Assembly: GCA_016839765.1 (NCBI GenBank)
Contig: JAEOTP010000015.1
Location: 32,001 to 96,000, forward strand
Length of the DNA: 64,000 bases
Direction of reading: 5' to 3'
Source: Promethearchaeota archaeon
GTDB taxonomy: Archaea > Asgardarchaeota > Lokiarchaeia > Sigyniarchaeales > SOKP01
Position numbers and translations under genes: made by a program. Each line of letters starts with the position of its first letter. The stretch's first letter is position 1. A model generated the notes under the pieces. The model was not told where the DNA came from and did not search any database. It saw nothing but the letters and a program-made list of their open reading frames with translations. Below, piece after piece: positions 1 to 10,149 of the stretch.

Positions 1-264
1 AGATAATTTTAAACCTTTTTCCAATAATGCTTCTCGTATCATTACATAACGTTCATAGTAAGTCAATGGATTGGCTAAAGAAGTGCTTCGATGTGGATTC
101 GATTTATGGTCTTTAGTTAAGAAGGGATCAGGATTTGTAATCCCTACAATAAGGTGTTTACATAATTCTTTTCCTGCTAATAGATATTTCACATGGTCAT
201 TATGGAGTATCTGGAATCTTCCATGAATCACGCCAATATCGTAAACTGATTCCTTATCTTGCAT
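1..264 (-). CDS. Nicotinamide/nicotinate-nucleotide adenylyltransferase family protein (3' end outside window)
   Basis: Manual translation MQDKESVYDIGVIHGRFQILHNDHVKYLLAG...GITNPD...NPLTYYER: GRFQxxHxxH motif and NPxxxxER motif. Confidence 0.85.
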   Translation of the reverse strand, partial: MQDKESVYDIGVIHGRFQILHNDHVKYLLAGKELCKHLIVGITNPDPFLTKDHKSNPHRSTSLANPLTYYERYVMIREALLEKGLKLS

Positions 265-430
265 CTAATCATAAGAATTATTTTGTTTTAGCGTAAATCG
301 AATAATTCAAAAGATAATAATAATCTTTTTATTTAGAGGTTTCATAATCACTATTTTTTCAGGCTTTTACTATTTATAAATTCTGATATAATTTTTATTT
401 TATAACTGAGTGAGGTTTTCTGGTTTTTAA

Positions 431-1624
431 ATGTCAGCTAAAAATTCATTTTTTACGCTATATGGAGATTTCAACAAAAACAAAAGTAAAAATCAAGATA
501 CCACAATATTTATCCACGCAAGTGACATTCATTTGGGGAGTCATCAATATAGAAATGAATATCGAGCAGACGATTTTATTAGAGCTTTTCAAGAAATTTT
601 TTGTGTTTCAATAATTCATCATGCAGATTTTATACTATTAGGTGGGGATGTTTTTACATCTTTAGAAATGCTTCCTGGAAAGTTGACTAAGATTATAAAT
701 ATATTAACAGAATTCAAAGATTATACTGGTGGAACAATTCCTATTATAGCGATAGAAGGAAATCATGATATTCGGAAATTTTCAAGGGGAGTAAAGTTTT
801 CTAAGCGTGGACAGTCATGGTTGAAACTTTTACTTAATTTAGATTTACTTATTCTTCTTGATGGTAATATGGAGGCACCTCCAAATTCAATTTACTTACC
901 TTATGACTCTAAGCATAAAAAGGGAGGCAAAATCCAAATTAAAAATACCATCATTTATGGTAATCATTATCTTGGTGAAGATCCAGAGGAATATATTCCG
1001 AAGATAACAAAAGCAATAGAAAAAAAGGAGAATTTTTTTTACATTCTTTTACAACATTTTGGAATCGAAGGACAAATGAAAAATGTACCAGGAATTAATT
1101 ATAATAAATTGCTTTCATTAAGAGAAAAAGTTGATTATCTAGCTTTAGGACATTATCATTTACAATTTATCTTAGATGATTGGGTTTATAATCCCGGGTC
1201 TACCGAGGCAGCTTGTTCGGTTGATTCTAATTTTAAAAGAGGAGTCTTTATTGTTAAAATAACGGGAAAAAAACACTATGAAAAAAAAGTTTATTCTCTT
1301 AGATTAATTAATAGAAAAAATATCTGGAAAACCATTTATTTCCCTTATTCTTTTAAAAATAAAGAGGACATTAAAAATTACATAACTAAAAATCTAAAAG
1401 TAGAAATGAATAGATCAGGAGATGAACTTGATCTTTCAAATCCTGAAATACCTATGCTATATCTTGTATTAAAGGGCTGGAAACCATTATTAAAATATAA
1501 ATTGAATGAAAGAGATTTGAAAGCAGAAATCTTAAAATCTCTACGTGTAGTTGATGTAAAAATTTATCAAAAATTTTCTGATCCTATAAAAAATCTAAAT
1601 GACTTTCTTAATATTACATCATAA
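431..1624 (+). CDS. Mre11/SbcD-family metallophosphoesterase nuclease
   Basis: DIHLG, GGDVF, EGNHD, LGHYH, YNPGS motifs. Confidence 0.85.
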   Translation: MSAKNSFFTLYGDFNKNKSKNQDTTIFIHASDIHLGSHQYRNEYRADDFIRAFQEIFCVSIIHHADFILLGGDVFTSLEMLPGKLTKIINILTEFKDYTGGTIPIIAIEGNHDIRKFSRGVKFSKRGQSWLKLLLNLDLLILLDGNMEAPPNSIYLPYDSKHKKGGKIQIKNTIIYGNHYLGEDPEEYIPKITKAIEKKENFFYILLQHFGIEGQMKNVPGINYNKLLSLREKVDYLALGHYHLQFILDDWVYNPGSTEAACSVDSNFKRGVFIVKITGKKHYEKKVYSLRLINRKNIWKTIYFPYSFKNKEDIKNYITKNLKVEMNRSGDELDLSNPEIPMLYLVLKGWKPLLKYKLNERDLKAEILKSLRVVDVKIYQKFSDPIKNLNDFLNITS

Positions 1625-1692
1625 TTGATTGGATTTAGACTTAATAATATAAAATTAGATCTTTTTAAACAACAATAATTAAAAATTTAATT

Positions 1693-3309
1693 ATGGCATT
1701 AAAGGCTTTTCTTAAAAAAAATAAATTTTTCAGCATTATAACGTTAGTTTTTACTATTTGGATTTTATTTCTGATAATTTTAGCCATATTTAATAGGAGA
1801 AATGTGATATTTTGGGAAAATATCTCTAATACTGATGTTTCTTCGGAATACTTAAGTGTTTTACCTCCCTTAAGGTATATTTTAGAACCAATTGCTCAAT
1901 TATCATTTATTTTAGAAATGGAGTTCTCTTGGTTATTTATTGTTATCATAATATACCCCATTTTACGAATAATATATTTAATTTTAAGGAAAAAAGGAAT
2001 AATTCATTCTAAAAAACTTAGATTGATAAAAAACCCGTTAGTAGATGTCATTAGATTTTCTTATAAAGTTTTAATGCTAACCATATTGGTTATTGGGTTA
2101 ATAATTCTTGCAGGTTATTTAATTCAAGGATATTTTTTTGTTAGCAGGTATTTTATGATTCCTGTTCAAATTGGAGTTCATTTATGTATCATTCTTATTA
2201 TAATTAAGACGTTATATGTTTTAATTAAATTATTCCATCCTAGACTTCAGTGCAACTATTCCAAGAAAAGAAAAAAAAAAGTAAAAAAGAGAATTAAAAG
2301 AAGATCTTTAAAATCTATAAAAAGAGAATTTGTTTATTTAGTTGGAGTTTGTTCCTTACTTTTGGGTATCAATATTTTATTAATTTCAATACCCTTTCCT
2401 ACACATAGAATAGTACCTATCGTTCCTCTTGATGATGATGAATTTTTATTTGATTTTCATGTTCATACTACTTATTCAGATGGTTGGCTTACTCCAGAAG
2501 AGAGAGTTCTTTGGTATATAGAACAAGGAATTTCAGGTGCAGCATTTTCTGATCACGACAACATAAGAGGAGCGTCAGCGGCTCAAAATTTTGTCGAAGT
2601 GAATGGACTTCAATTTATAGTTTTCATGGCTGAGGAATGGACTGATAATGAAAACGGTATTCATATGAATTATTTTGGGATTGCAGAAGAATTAGTCCCA
2701 CTTCAATCTTATACTCCTGGAGGCCCTACAGCTAAGAATGCTCAAGATACTATAGCTTATGTAAAGGCTAATGGAGGATATATTACCGTAAATCATTATA
2801 ACGCCGATCCTAATCCAAATGGAGGAGTCGGTGTCCCATATAATTTGACTCAGTTAAGAGATTGGGGCGTCGATGGTTTTGAAATTATTAATGGTGGTAG
2901 TTATGGAGGTAAATATCAAGATATAAGAAATTTTACTCTCTCAAACAATTTAATATGCATAGGAGGAAGTGATATCCACACAAATGAACCATTAAACACG
3001 TTCATTAAGATAAAATTATCTGATCCAACGAATTTAACAATTACAAATATCTTTGAAACTATGAAAACAAATTCAACTCATGAAGTAATTGGTATAAAGT
3101 TAAATCCTAAAGCAGTTGATTTCCCTGGTGATCTAAATGATTTTGGGTTTTATGTAATTGAAGATTTTATCAATTATTTTCTAAATGTTGATGTGTACCA
3201 GTCATTATCATGGATCATATGGTCTGGAGCAGTATATATTATAATCTTTCTGTCTTATAGAAAAATTAAAAAAGTAGACATAGCTTTTTTAAAACGTAAA
3301 ATCTTATAA
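1693..3309 (+). CDS. Membrane-anchored PHP-domain phosphoesterase
   Basis: N-terminal TM helices; DFHVHTTYSDG, SDHD, NH, GGSDIH motifs; C-terminal TM helix. Confidence 0.8.
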   Translation: MALKAFLKKNKFFSIITLVFTIWILFLIILAIFNRRNVIFWENISNTDVSSEYLSVLPPLRYILEPIAQLSFILEMEFSWLFIVIIIYPILRIIYLILRKKGIIHSKKLRLIKNPLVDVIRFSYKVLMLTILVIGLIILAGYLIQGYFFVSRYFMIPVQIGVHLCIILIIIKTLYVLIKLFHPRLQCNYSKKRKKKVKKRIKRRSLKSIKREFVYLVGVCSLLLGINILLISIPFPTHRIVPIVPLDDDEFLFDFHVHTTYSDGWLTPEERVLWYIEQGISGAAFSDHDNIRGASAAQNFVEVNGLQFIVFMAEEWTDNENGIHMNYFGIAEELVPLQSYTPGGPTAKNAQDTIAYVKANGGYITVNHYNADPNPNGGVGVPYNLTQLRDWGVDGFEIINGGSYGGKYQDIRNFTLSNNLICIGGSDIHTNEPLNTFIKIKLSDPTNLTITNIFETMKTNSTHEVIGIKLNPKAVDFPGDLNDFGFYVIEDFINYFLNVDVYQSLSWIIWSGAVYIIIFLSYRKIKKVDIAFLKRKIL

Positions 3310-3331
3310 CTAATTTTATCTTTTTTTTTGT

Positions 3332-3787
3332 TTAAATATAGTAAAAAGTTTTGTCATCATCGTATTTATCTTTATCATCGTCATTCTCGTCATCATCGTC
3401 ATTTAGAAATTTTTTTGACAGTAATTTTAAAATTTCTTCTGGATCCATGTCAGGGTCAAAATCTTTTAAATCATTTAAGTTTATTGGGATTATCCCACCT
3501 TTTTTAAATGGAATCATACCTGCCTTTATTTCTTTTTCTATTTTTTGTTGCTTTCTAGCATTTAAAGCTAACTCTTTTTTCATTAATTCGCTTAACTGGT
3601 CGGCCACAAGTTCATCCAATTCTTCTGGTCTTAGATTTAGAAGTACTTCTTCGCTATAAAGTCTAGTAAGTCTTTTAATAGCCTTTAGTTTCTTATATTC
3701 GGGTATTTGGTTAATGGATTTCAAGCCTAAAAGGTTAATTATATTCAACCAATCCAGTTGATAAGTCCAAGGTTCTGTTTCTGACAT
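3332..3787 (-). CDS. Hypothetical protein with Asp-rich C-terminal tail
   Basis: 151-aa ORF with coding-like composition. Confidence 0.7.
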   Translation of the reverse strand: MSETEPWTYQLDWLNIINLLGLKSINQIPEYKKLKAIKRLTRLYSEEVLLNLRPEELDELVADQLSELMKKELALNARKQQKIEKEIKAGMIPFKKGGIIPINLNDLKDFDPDMDPEEILKLLSKKFLNDDDDENDDDKDKYDDDKTFYYI

Positions 3788-3954
3788 TTTATTATATAAA
3801 ATTAGTTATCAAATTTTGAAATTTTGGATGCTAGATAAATGTTTATCTTTTTCTTAAAGAAGAAAATTTATCGATATAAATTTATGGTTTGTAATCTATT
3901 AAATGTTTTCACCATTATGTTTTAAAATTATAAAGAAAAAATTTTTAATCTGCT

Positions 3955-4803
3955 TTAATTTTTGAAGAACTTCTGAAAATTTGCTACAATTAGTTCGGGT
4001 TTATCATGCATAACCCAATGAGAAGCATCTATCTTAACAACTATAAGATGCTTAACATATTCAGATAATCCATCTAAAACTTGAGGTAGTACCGCCTTAT
4101 CTTGCATACCATGAATGACTAAGGTTGGTAGGCTGATAATTCCTGTCCAATCATCAAAATTAAGATTTGCCCTATAATAATTGACACCACTTAATATTGC
4201 GTTCGGTTGAGACCAGGCATCTAAATATTTTTGTTTATCAGTTTCGGTAAAATCTTTTTTATTAATCAATCCTTCAAAAACGGCCCATTTTAACCACTTA
4301 TAATCATTTTCGTAAAGGAATTTTTCCCCATCTGGTTTAAGGAATTCAAAAATATAATAACTGGCTTTCTGTTGGTCCTTATCAGTTCTTAATTTTTCTT
4401 GCCAAATTTTTGGATGGGGGCCATTTAGTATTGCAAGCTTTTTAACCTTTTTTGGATATTTTTCAGCAAAAGCCCATGATATAAGTGCTCCCCAATCGTG
4501 TCCTGCGAGAAAAAAACTACCTAAATTTAATTTTTCGCTTAAAGCATGTATGTCATCAACTAAAAGTTCAATTCTATACTTCCGAATGCCTTTTGGTTTA
4601 TCTGATAAATTATATCCCCTTAAATCAGGAATTATCAGTTCAAAATAATCCTTAAGCTTAGGGATTATATTTTTCCAACCATACCAGAAATCAGGAAAAC
4701 CATGAAGTAATAATAGAGGTTCTCCAGATCCGATAAAGACTGTGTGTAGTTTAATACCATTTACAGATATATATTTTTCTTCTATCTCCTTTAACCAATC
4801 CAT
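3955..4803 (-). CDS. Alpha/beta hydrolase, epoxide hydrolase-like
   Basis: LLHGFPD, GHDWGA nucleophile elbow, SHW catalytic His. Confidence 0.9.
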   Translation of the reverse strand: MDWLKEIEEKYISVNGIKLHTVFIGSGEPLLLLHGFPDFWYGWKNIIPKLKDYFELIIPDLRGYNLSDKPKGIRKYRIELLVDDIHALSEKLNLGSFFLAGHDWGALISWAFAEKYPKKVKKLAILNGPHPKIWQEKLRTDKDQQKASYYIFEFLKPDGEKFLYENDYKWLKWAVFEGLINKKDFTETDKQKYLDAWSQPNAILSGVNYYRANLNFDDWTGIISLPTLVIHGMQDKAVLPQVLDGLSEYVKHLIVVKIDASHWVMHDKPELIVANFQKFFKN

Positions 4804-5037
4804 TTTAATCCTACAATATAAATGATTATTCTAATTTTGAATAGTCTTATTAATTAAAAAACAATCGGCTTATAATTCAAAAATTTTCGTTTAAAAATTG
4901 GACTCTATAAATAGAGATCAGAGACAACAGAGGTTGTCAATTCTTAAATAAAATATGTGATAAAGAATTTTAAAAAATAAAATTTTCAATAAAAAGTAAC
5001 ATTAAAATATAGTCAACAAAAAAAACTTTTAATTGTT

Positions 5038-5247
5038 CTATTCAAAATAATTTCTGAAAGATTCTTCAAAATCATCAACCGATTCACTATTCAATTCAGC
5101 AAATTTGTAGCGTCCCCGGGGTAGATTTTTCTTTTCCTTAAAATGTTTTTTAAAAGAACTCTCAAAATCACTTGCACTCATACTATTTTCTTCTGCGAAT
5201 TTAATTTCACCAAAATTTTTCAGATATTCTGGATCTGGTTTACTCAT
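5038..5247 (-). CDS. Small protein with two internal repeats
   Basis: KFAEENSMSASDFESSF / KFAELNSESVDDFEESF. Confidence 0.7.
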   Translation of the reverse strand: MSKPDPEYLKNFGEIKFAEENSMSASDFESSFKKHFKEKKNLPRGRYKFAELNSESVDDFEESFRNYFE

Positions 5248-5724
5248 TTTTTTTTCTTACCTCGTAACTTTTGTAAAATTTTTGTTCAAATAATTATTTA
5301 TATAATTAGAATACTAATGCATAATCATCTATTTAAACCTTTTCATACAATTAAACAATTAAAATTATTATAAATCTATATTCGGAAAAGATTCCCACTT
5401 ATATGTTATTGAATTTATTGAGAAATGAGTTATTTTTTTCAAATTGTAATAATTCTACTTGCTTATCTTCGAATATTAGATATATATTGATAAAATTAAT
5501 ATCTCAAAATAATAATTTCATTTCAAAATTTGAAGATTTTATAAAATTTTCATAAAGTGAATTTGGAGGTTTATACAATGATGTAATCAATTTCAATTAA
5601 TTTATTAACAAAATCCAAAATCATGAGAACAACCCAAAAACAATAAATATGAGAATATAAATTTATAATAAAAAACGTAATTATCAATGTTTTTGGAAAA
5701 TTCTTCTTGTTATAGGGGCTTAAG

Positions 5725-6672
5725 ATGAGTAGAAAAATAGAAGATAAAACTTATTTAAATTATTTATTGCAATCTCTAAATGTAGATGATTTGAAACAAA
5801 TATGTAGAGATTTCAATATCAAAGGATTTTCTAAATGGAAAAAAGTAGAAATAATTGAAAATATTCTGAGCTTTTTATCTGAAGAAGAACAGAAAGAATT
5901 AATTAAAGAAAAAGAATTAGATATTATCTCAGATTCGCTGGATCTTGCAATTAAGAAAATTAAAGGGATAGAAAGAGAAAAATTAAGCGCAATTAGGATA
6001 GCGAATGAAGAAGAACATTTAGTTGAGATTGATTTCGAAGGTTTTAATTGGAATAGTTCCTCTTATTTAGCTATTAATCCACAAAATATTGATAACCCAG
6101 AAAGAGATTGTGATTGCCGTATTGGAGCTAATATGGGATTTTGTAGCCATTTTTGGGTAGGATTTATTTTATCATTAAAACGAAACTATTTTCAATTAAA
6201 AGATTGGACATTGACAATTTTACCAGAAGATTTCGAAAAGAAAATTCAAAATATAGAAATCTCAGTTATTTTAGGTGAACAAGATAAAGCAGAAGTTTTA
6301 ACTTTGGTAGATACCAGTTCCGAGGATGCTGAATTAATAAAACATCTTGATCAAAGTATCACTGTTTATGAAGGGGAACTTGTTAAAATGGAAAAGAAAC
6401 AACAACAATTTCAAGATATTGTTACCAATTATTATTTGGGAGCATTGAATGACGTTCGATTTGGTCCAAGAATTCAAAAAAAAAGTGATTTTAAAGAGGA
6501 AGAGATTGAAACTATTGCCGAATTAAATATTCGAATAAGTGAAAAATTATTTGAAGAACTTAATTTAAGAGAAGGAGACAAAATAACTACAAATGGTAAA
6601 TTAACTAGAGATGATTTTTTAAAGTTATATGTTGTAAAGAATATCAGAAAAATCACTAAAATTAATGATTGA
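5725..6672 (+). CDS. SAP/Rho-N-like + SWIM zinc finger + probable OB-fold protein
   Basis: LNVDDLKQICRDFNIKGFSK; CDC-x8-CSH; beta-rich C-terminus. Confidence 0.6.
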   Translation: MSRKIEDKTYLNYLLQSLNVDDLKQICRDFNIKGFSKWKKVEIIENILSFLSEEEQKELIKEKELDIISDSLDLAIKKIKGIEREKLSAIRIANEEEHLVEIDFEGFNWNSSSYLAINPQNIDNPERDCDCRIGANMGFCSHFWVGFILSLKRNYFQLKDWTLTILPEDFEKKIQNIEISVILGEQDKAEVLTLVDTSSEDAELIKHLDQSITVYEGELVKMEKKQQQFQDIVTNYYLGALNDVRFGPRIQKKSDFKEEEIETIAELNIRISEKLFEELNLREGDKITTNGKLTRDDFLKLYVVKNIRKITKIND

Positions 6673-6781
6673 TCCTATAAAATAAATCAATATTAATTTT
6701 ATATTTATACAATATTAATAATATGAATTTTTATCGTTATGATTCTATTTTATGTTTGAATAATATTGTTGAAAAAAAATC

Positions 6782-8161
6782 ATGAAAAATATAAATTCTG
6801 GTTATATTGATGATTTTAATATGATCTTAGCGACAGATTTTTATCAATTAACTATGAGTGCTGCTTATTACCAGTATAATCTTGAAAATAATATTAATGA
6901 AAATGACGAAAAAGCCTCTTTTGAATTATTTATAAGGCAATATCCGAAAAATCGTAATTATTTAATTTTTGCTGGTTTAGAACAAGCGATATATTATTTA
7001 TTAAATGCCAGATTTACTGAAAGGACTATAGAATTTTTAAGAAAAAAAGAAGTATTCAAAAATTTAGATTCAAGTTTCTATGATGTTTATTTACCGAATT
7101 TTAAATTTAAGTTAAATGTCTGGTCGATGAAAGAAGGAGACTACTTTTTTCCAAATGAACCAATAATGAGAATCCAAGGACCAATGATTCATGCTCAACT
7201 TGCTGAAACCTTTTTACTTAACGTGATCAATTATCAAACATTAGTTGCATCTAAAGCATCAAGAGTAAGAAATATAGCCCCAAATAAAGTCTTACTTGAG
7301 TTTGGAACAAGAAGGTCCCATAGTCCGCTTGCTGGAGTGTATGCCGCTAGAGCTAGTTACATAGCTGGTTTTGATGGTACAAGTAATGTAATAGCTGATC
7401 TTGAACTTGGAATTAATTCAACAGGAACGATGGCTCATAGTTTCGTTCAAAGATTTAATAGTGAGATTGAAAGTTTTAACACGTATTATGATATTTACAA
7501 AGAAAATTCAATTTTTTTAATTGATACATATGACACTGAAGAAGGTGCTCGAAAATCCTGCAAATTCGGCAATAAAATTAGAGGGGTTAGAATTGACTCA
7601 GGTAATCTTATCGATCACGCCAAAAAAGTTCGAAATATCTTGGATAAGGAAGGCTGTGATAAAGTTTTAATCGTTGCAAGTTCAGATTTGAATGAATACA
7701 AAATAAAGGAAATTCTTGATAATAAGGCACCAATAGATGCTTTCGGCATAGGGACTGAATTAGCAACTTCAAGAGACGATCCTACAATTTCTGGGGTATA
7801 TAAACTAATAGAATATAATGATGCTCCAAAGATTAAAGTTAGCGAGGAAAAATTAACTTATCCTGGAATTAAACAAATAGATAGGATATTTGATAGAAGT
7901 GGAATATTTAAAGAAGACATATTAAGATTGGATGAGGAATTTGAAGTTCCTAATTCAAAACCATTATTAATACCTATAATGATGGATGGGAAATTAATTT
8001 ATGATTTGCCCAAGATAGATGAAATCCGCCAATACTACTTGAAAAATATGGAAACCCTACCCAAGGGGTATAAAGTATTGAAAGAGAACCATCTATTTAG
8101 GCTAAAAATTTCACAAAAATTAGAAAGTTTGACAGAATCATTGAAAGGAAAGTATGACTAA
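6782..8161 (+). CDS. pncB: Nicotinate phosphoribosyltransferase
   Basis: TDFYQLTM, EFGTRR, GTMAHS, LIDTYD, VRIDSG, FGIGT, GVYKL. Confidence 0.95.
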   Translation: MKNINSGYIDDFNMILATDFYQLTMSAAYYQYNLENNINENDEKASFELFIRQYPKNRNYLIFAGLEQAIYYLLNARFTERTIEFLRKKEVFKNLDSSFYDVYLPNFKFKLNVWSMKEGDYFFPNEPIMRIQGPMIHAQLAETFLLNVINYQTLVASKASRVRNIAPNKVLLEFGTRRSHSPLAGVYAARASYIAGFDGTSNVIADLELGINSTGTMAHSFVQRFNSEIESFNTYYDIYKENSIFLIDTYDTEEGARKSCKFGNKIRGVRIDSGNLIDHAKKVRNILDKEGCDKVLIVASSDLNEYKIKEILDNKAPIDAFGIGTELATSRDDPTISGVYKLIEYNDAPKIKVSEEKLTYPGIKQIDRIFDRSGIFKEDILRLDEEFEVPNSKPLLIPIMMDGKLIYDLPKIDEIRQYYLKNMETLPKGYKVLKENHLFRLKISQKLESLTESLKGKYD

Positions 8162-8299
8162 TTTAAATAATAAGAGTGATAATTTAAAAGAAAAATCATT
8201 GTTTAAGTTATTTTTTTTAAGAAGTATTTTTAATATCTGATTTACCCAATTATTTCATTAATTTAAATTTATGATTAAAGGTGAGAAACTAATAACTAG

Positions 8300-9242
8300 A
8301 TGAGAATCCTGTACAAAGTATAATCACACCGCCTTTTTGCTTATAATACTAGTAGGATTGCTTTTTTCAACACTATCTATTCCAGCTAAAGGACAAGAAT
8401 TGATATGGTATGATGATTTTTACGATATAAATCACATTGAATATTTTATTGAATTCTACCCAGATAGAAATGGATATTCGACAACGAAATATGCTATGGA
8501 ATTAAATAAAATCACCGAAGGAGATAATACTAATTTAATGGTTGATATATATTACAATGACTTAGATTTAACCTATACTAATGATGATTTCTTTTACACA
8601 ATATCTCTTAAAACCCGTGAAATATTAGATACAAGTGATAATATTTATGATATTTACTTTAATGGAACATATACAGAATTATTCTTGAATCTTTCGAATA
8701 TAGGAAATCCACAATTATTTCGAATAGATGAGAATGTTGTATTCACCGATTATTTAACAAGGGGTTTTTCATTAGGATTATTCAAAATAAATACCGAATT
8801 TAACTACATTGAAGAAGTAATATATAACGAGAATTTATTGCTTAATTTTACAACTTACCATTATTCGACAACATATACATGGAGTGGACTTGGGATAGCT
8901 TGAGATTCATTCGCATCTTGGATGTTAGAAGCTGATTATTTTTTCGATAAAATTACTGGTCTTTTAATAGCCGAAACTTTACATGTTCATCGATGGGACT
9001 ATAAAGATAATAAGCCACAATATGAGCAATACGATTATCATTCTTTTAACCGCAAATTAGCAATGGTTAATTCACAAATCATTTTGAAAGATTACCAAAA
9101 AATCGTAAAAGGAGATAATATTTACCTGCTAGAAAGCATATATTGGATAATATCTATAGGAATTATTGTTTCTATTACTATACTTTACGGTATTTTGAAG
9201 AGATCAAAAATTAACATAAAGACCAAGGAGAACCTACGATGA
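8300..9242 (+). pseudogene. Secreted, C-terminally anchored protein interrupted by an in-frame TGA (8901-8903); pseudogene or recoded gene
   Basis: ORFs 8337-8903 and 8922-9242 share a frame with only the TGA between them; signal-peptide-like N-terminus and C-terminal TM; ATG at 8300 is one base out of frame. Confidence 0.6.
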
Positions 9243-9386
9243 ATCTACTATAATAAATTATAGATAGTAGAAGAGTGAAAGGATGCACCTTTCAAACTCC
9301 TTATTATTAATACTAAATTAATTTTATAAATTAGTTCTGAATATTATCTATTATTCAAACTAAACAACTTTTAGAGGTAAAAGATA

Positions 9387-9677
9387 TTGAGTGAAAAACC
9401 AAAATTAGGTTATCGAATTATTGGAACAATAAAAAGTGTGAAAGGTACCTGTTCAGCAGGTCATAAAGTGGGGGATCAAATAGAATTGAGCGGGTATGGC
9501 TCCAATCCACAATTGTGTGGGTTTTTTTATCACGATATCTTCCCATATATAATAATGCTCCAATTTGGGGGAGGATTTCCTTCAGATTGGGGCGGAGATC
9601 CTGATGTTGTGGAGCTAACGTGTATAGATAAAGTAAATGCGGTGACAATAGAATTAAAAAGAATCAAGGAGGATTAA
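9387..9677 (+). CDS. TIGR04076-like small Cys protein
   Basis: VKGTCSAGHKVGD, LCGFFYHDIFPY, CxD pattern. Confidence 0.75.
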   Translation: MSEKPKLGYRIIGTIKSVKGTCSAGHKVGDQIELSGYGSNPQLCGFFYHDIFPYIIMLQFGGGFPSDWGGDPDVVELTCIDKVNAVTIELKRIKED

Positions 9678-9820
9678 ATAAAGTTTAATTAAATGAATAT
9701 TGATTTATTCAAATTTCCTTTTTACCTAATATTTAAACGAATGTTTTATTACAGATAACTTTTTAATCTTTCATCTCTGGATGATTATTAATACACTTAA
9801 TTTTTACTAGGGAGTGAGGT

Positions 9821-9994
9821 ATGTATATGGAAAAAAAATTAGATATACCACAAAATTTACATATTCTTTCTTGTCCATTCTTTAAGGGCTGTAATCTTCC
9901 AAAAAGTAGATGCAGTTTTCCTGAATATAAAGTATGTCCTGATTACCAATCTAAATTGAATGCTTTAAGACAGGAATCAAAAGTATTATATTAA
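9821..9994 (+). CDS. 57-aa four-cysteine protein (not in ORF track)
   Basis: MYMEKKLDIPQNLHILSCPFFKGCNLPKSRCSFPEYKVCPDYQSKLNALRQESKVLY, preceded by SD-like GGAGTGAGGT. Confidence 0.65.
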   Translation: MYMEKKLDIPQNLHILSCPFFKGCNLPKSRCSFPEYKVCPDYQSKLNALRQESKVLY

Positions 9995-10149
9995 AGATTT
10001 CCTAAGTTCTTCTTATTGAAATTAAATCTTTAAAGAATTCTTATATTTACTTAATAAGTTAGGTTTTGTTGTAATTAAAATACAATTTTTAACTAAAGGA
10101 ATATTTTATTTATTGATTTTTTAATTAGGAACTTGTTTTATTCTAAGGC

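Noticed and set aside
5250-5724. Replication origin in the AT-rich spacer
   Set aside because: No ORB repeats and no cdc6/orc1 nearby
9227-9300. Hammerhead ribozyme
   Set aside because: CUGANGA and GAAA are not correctly positioned around stem II
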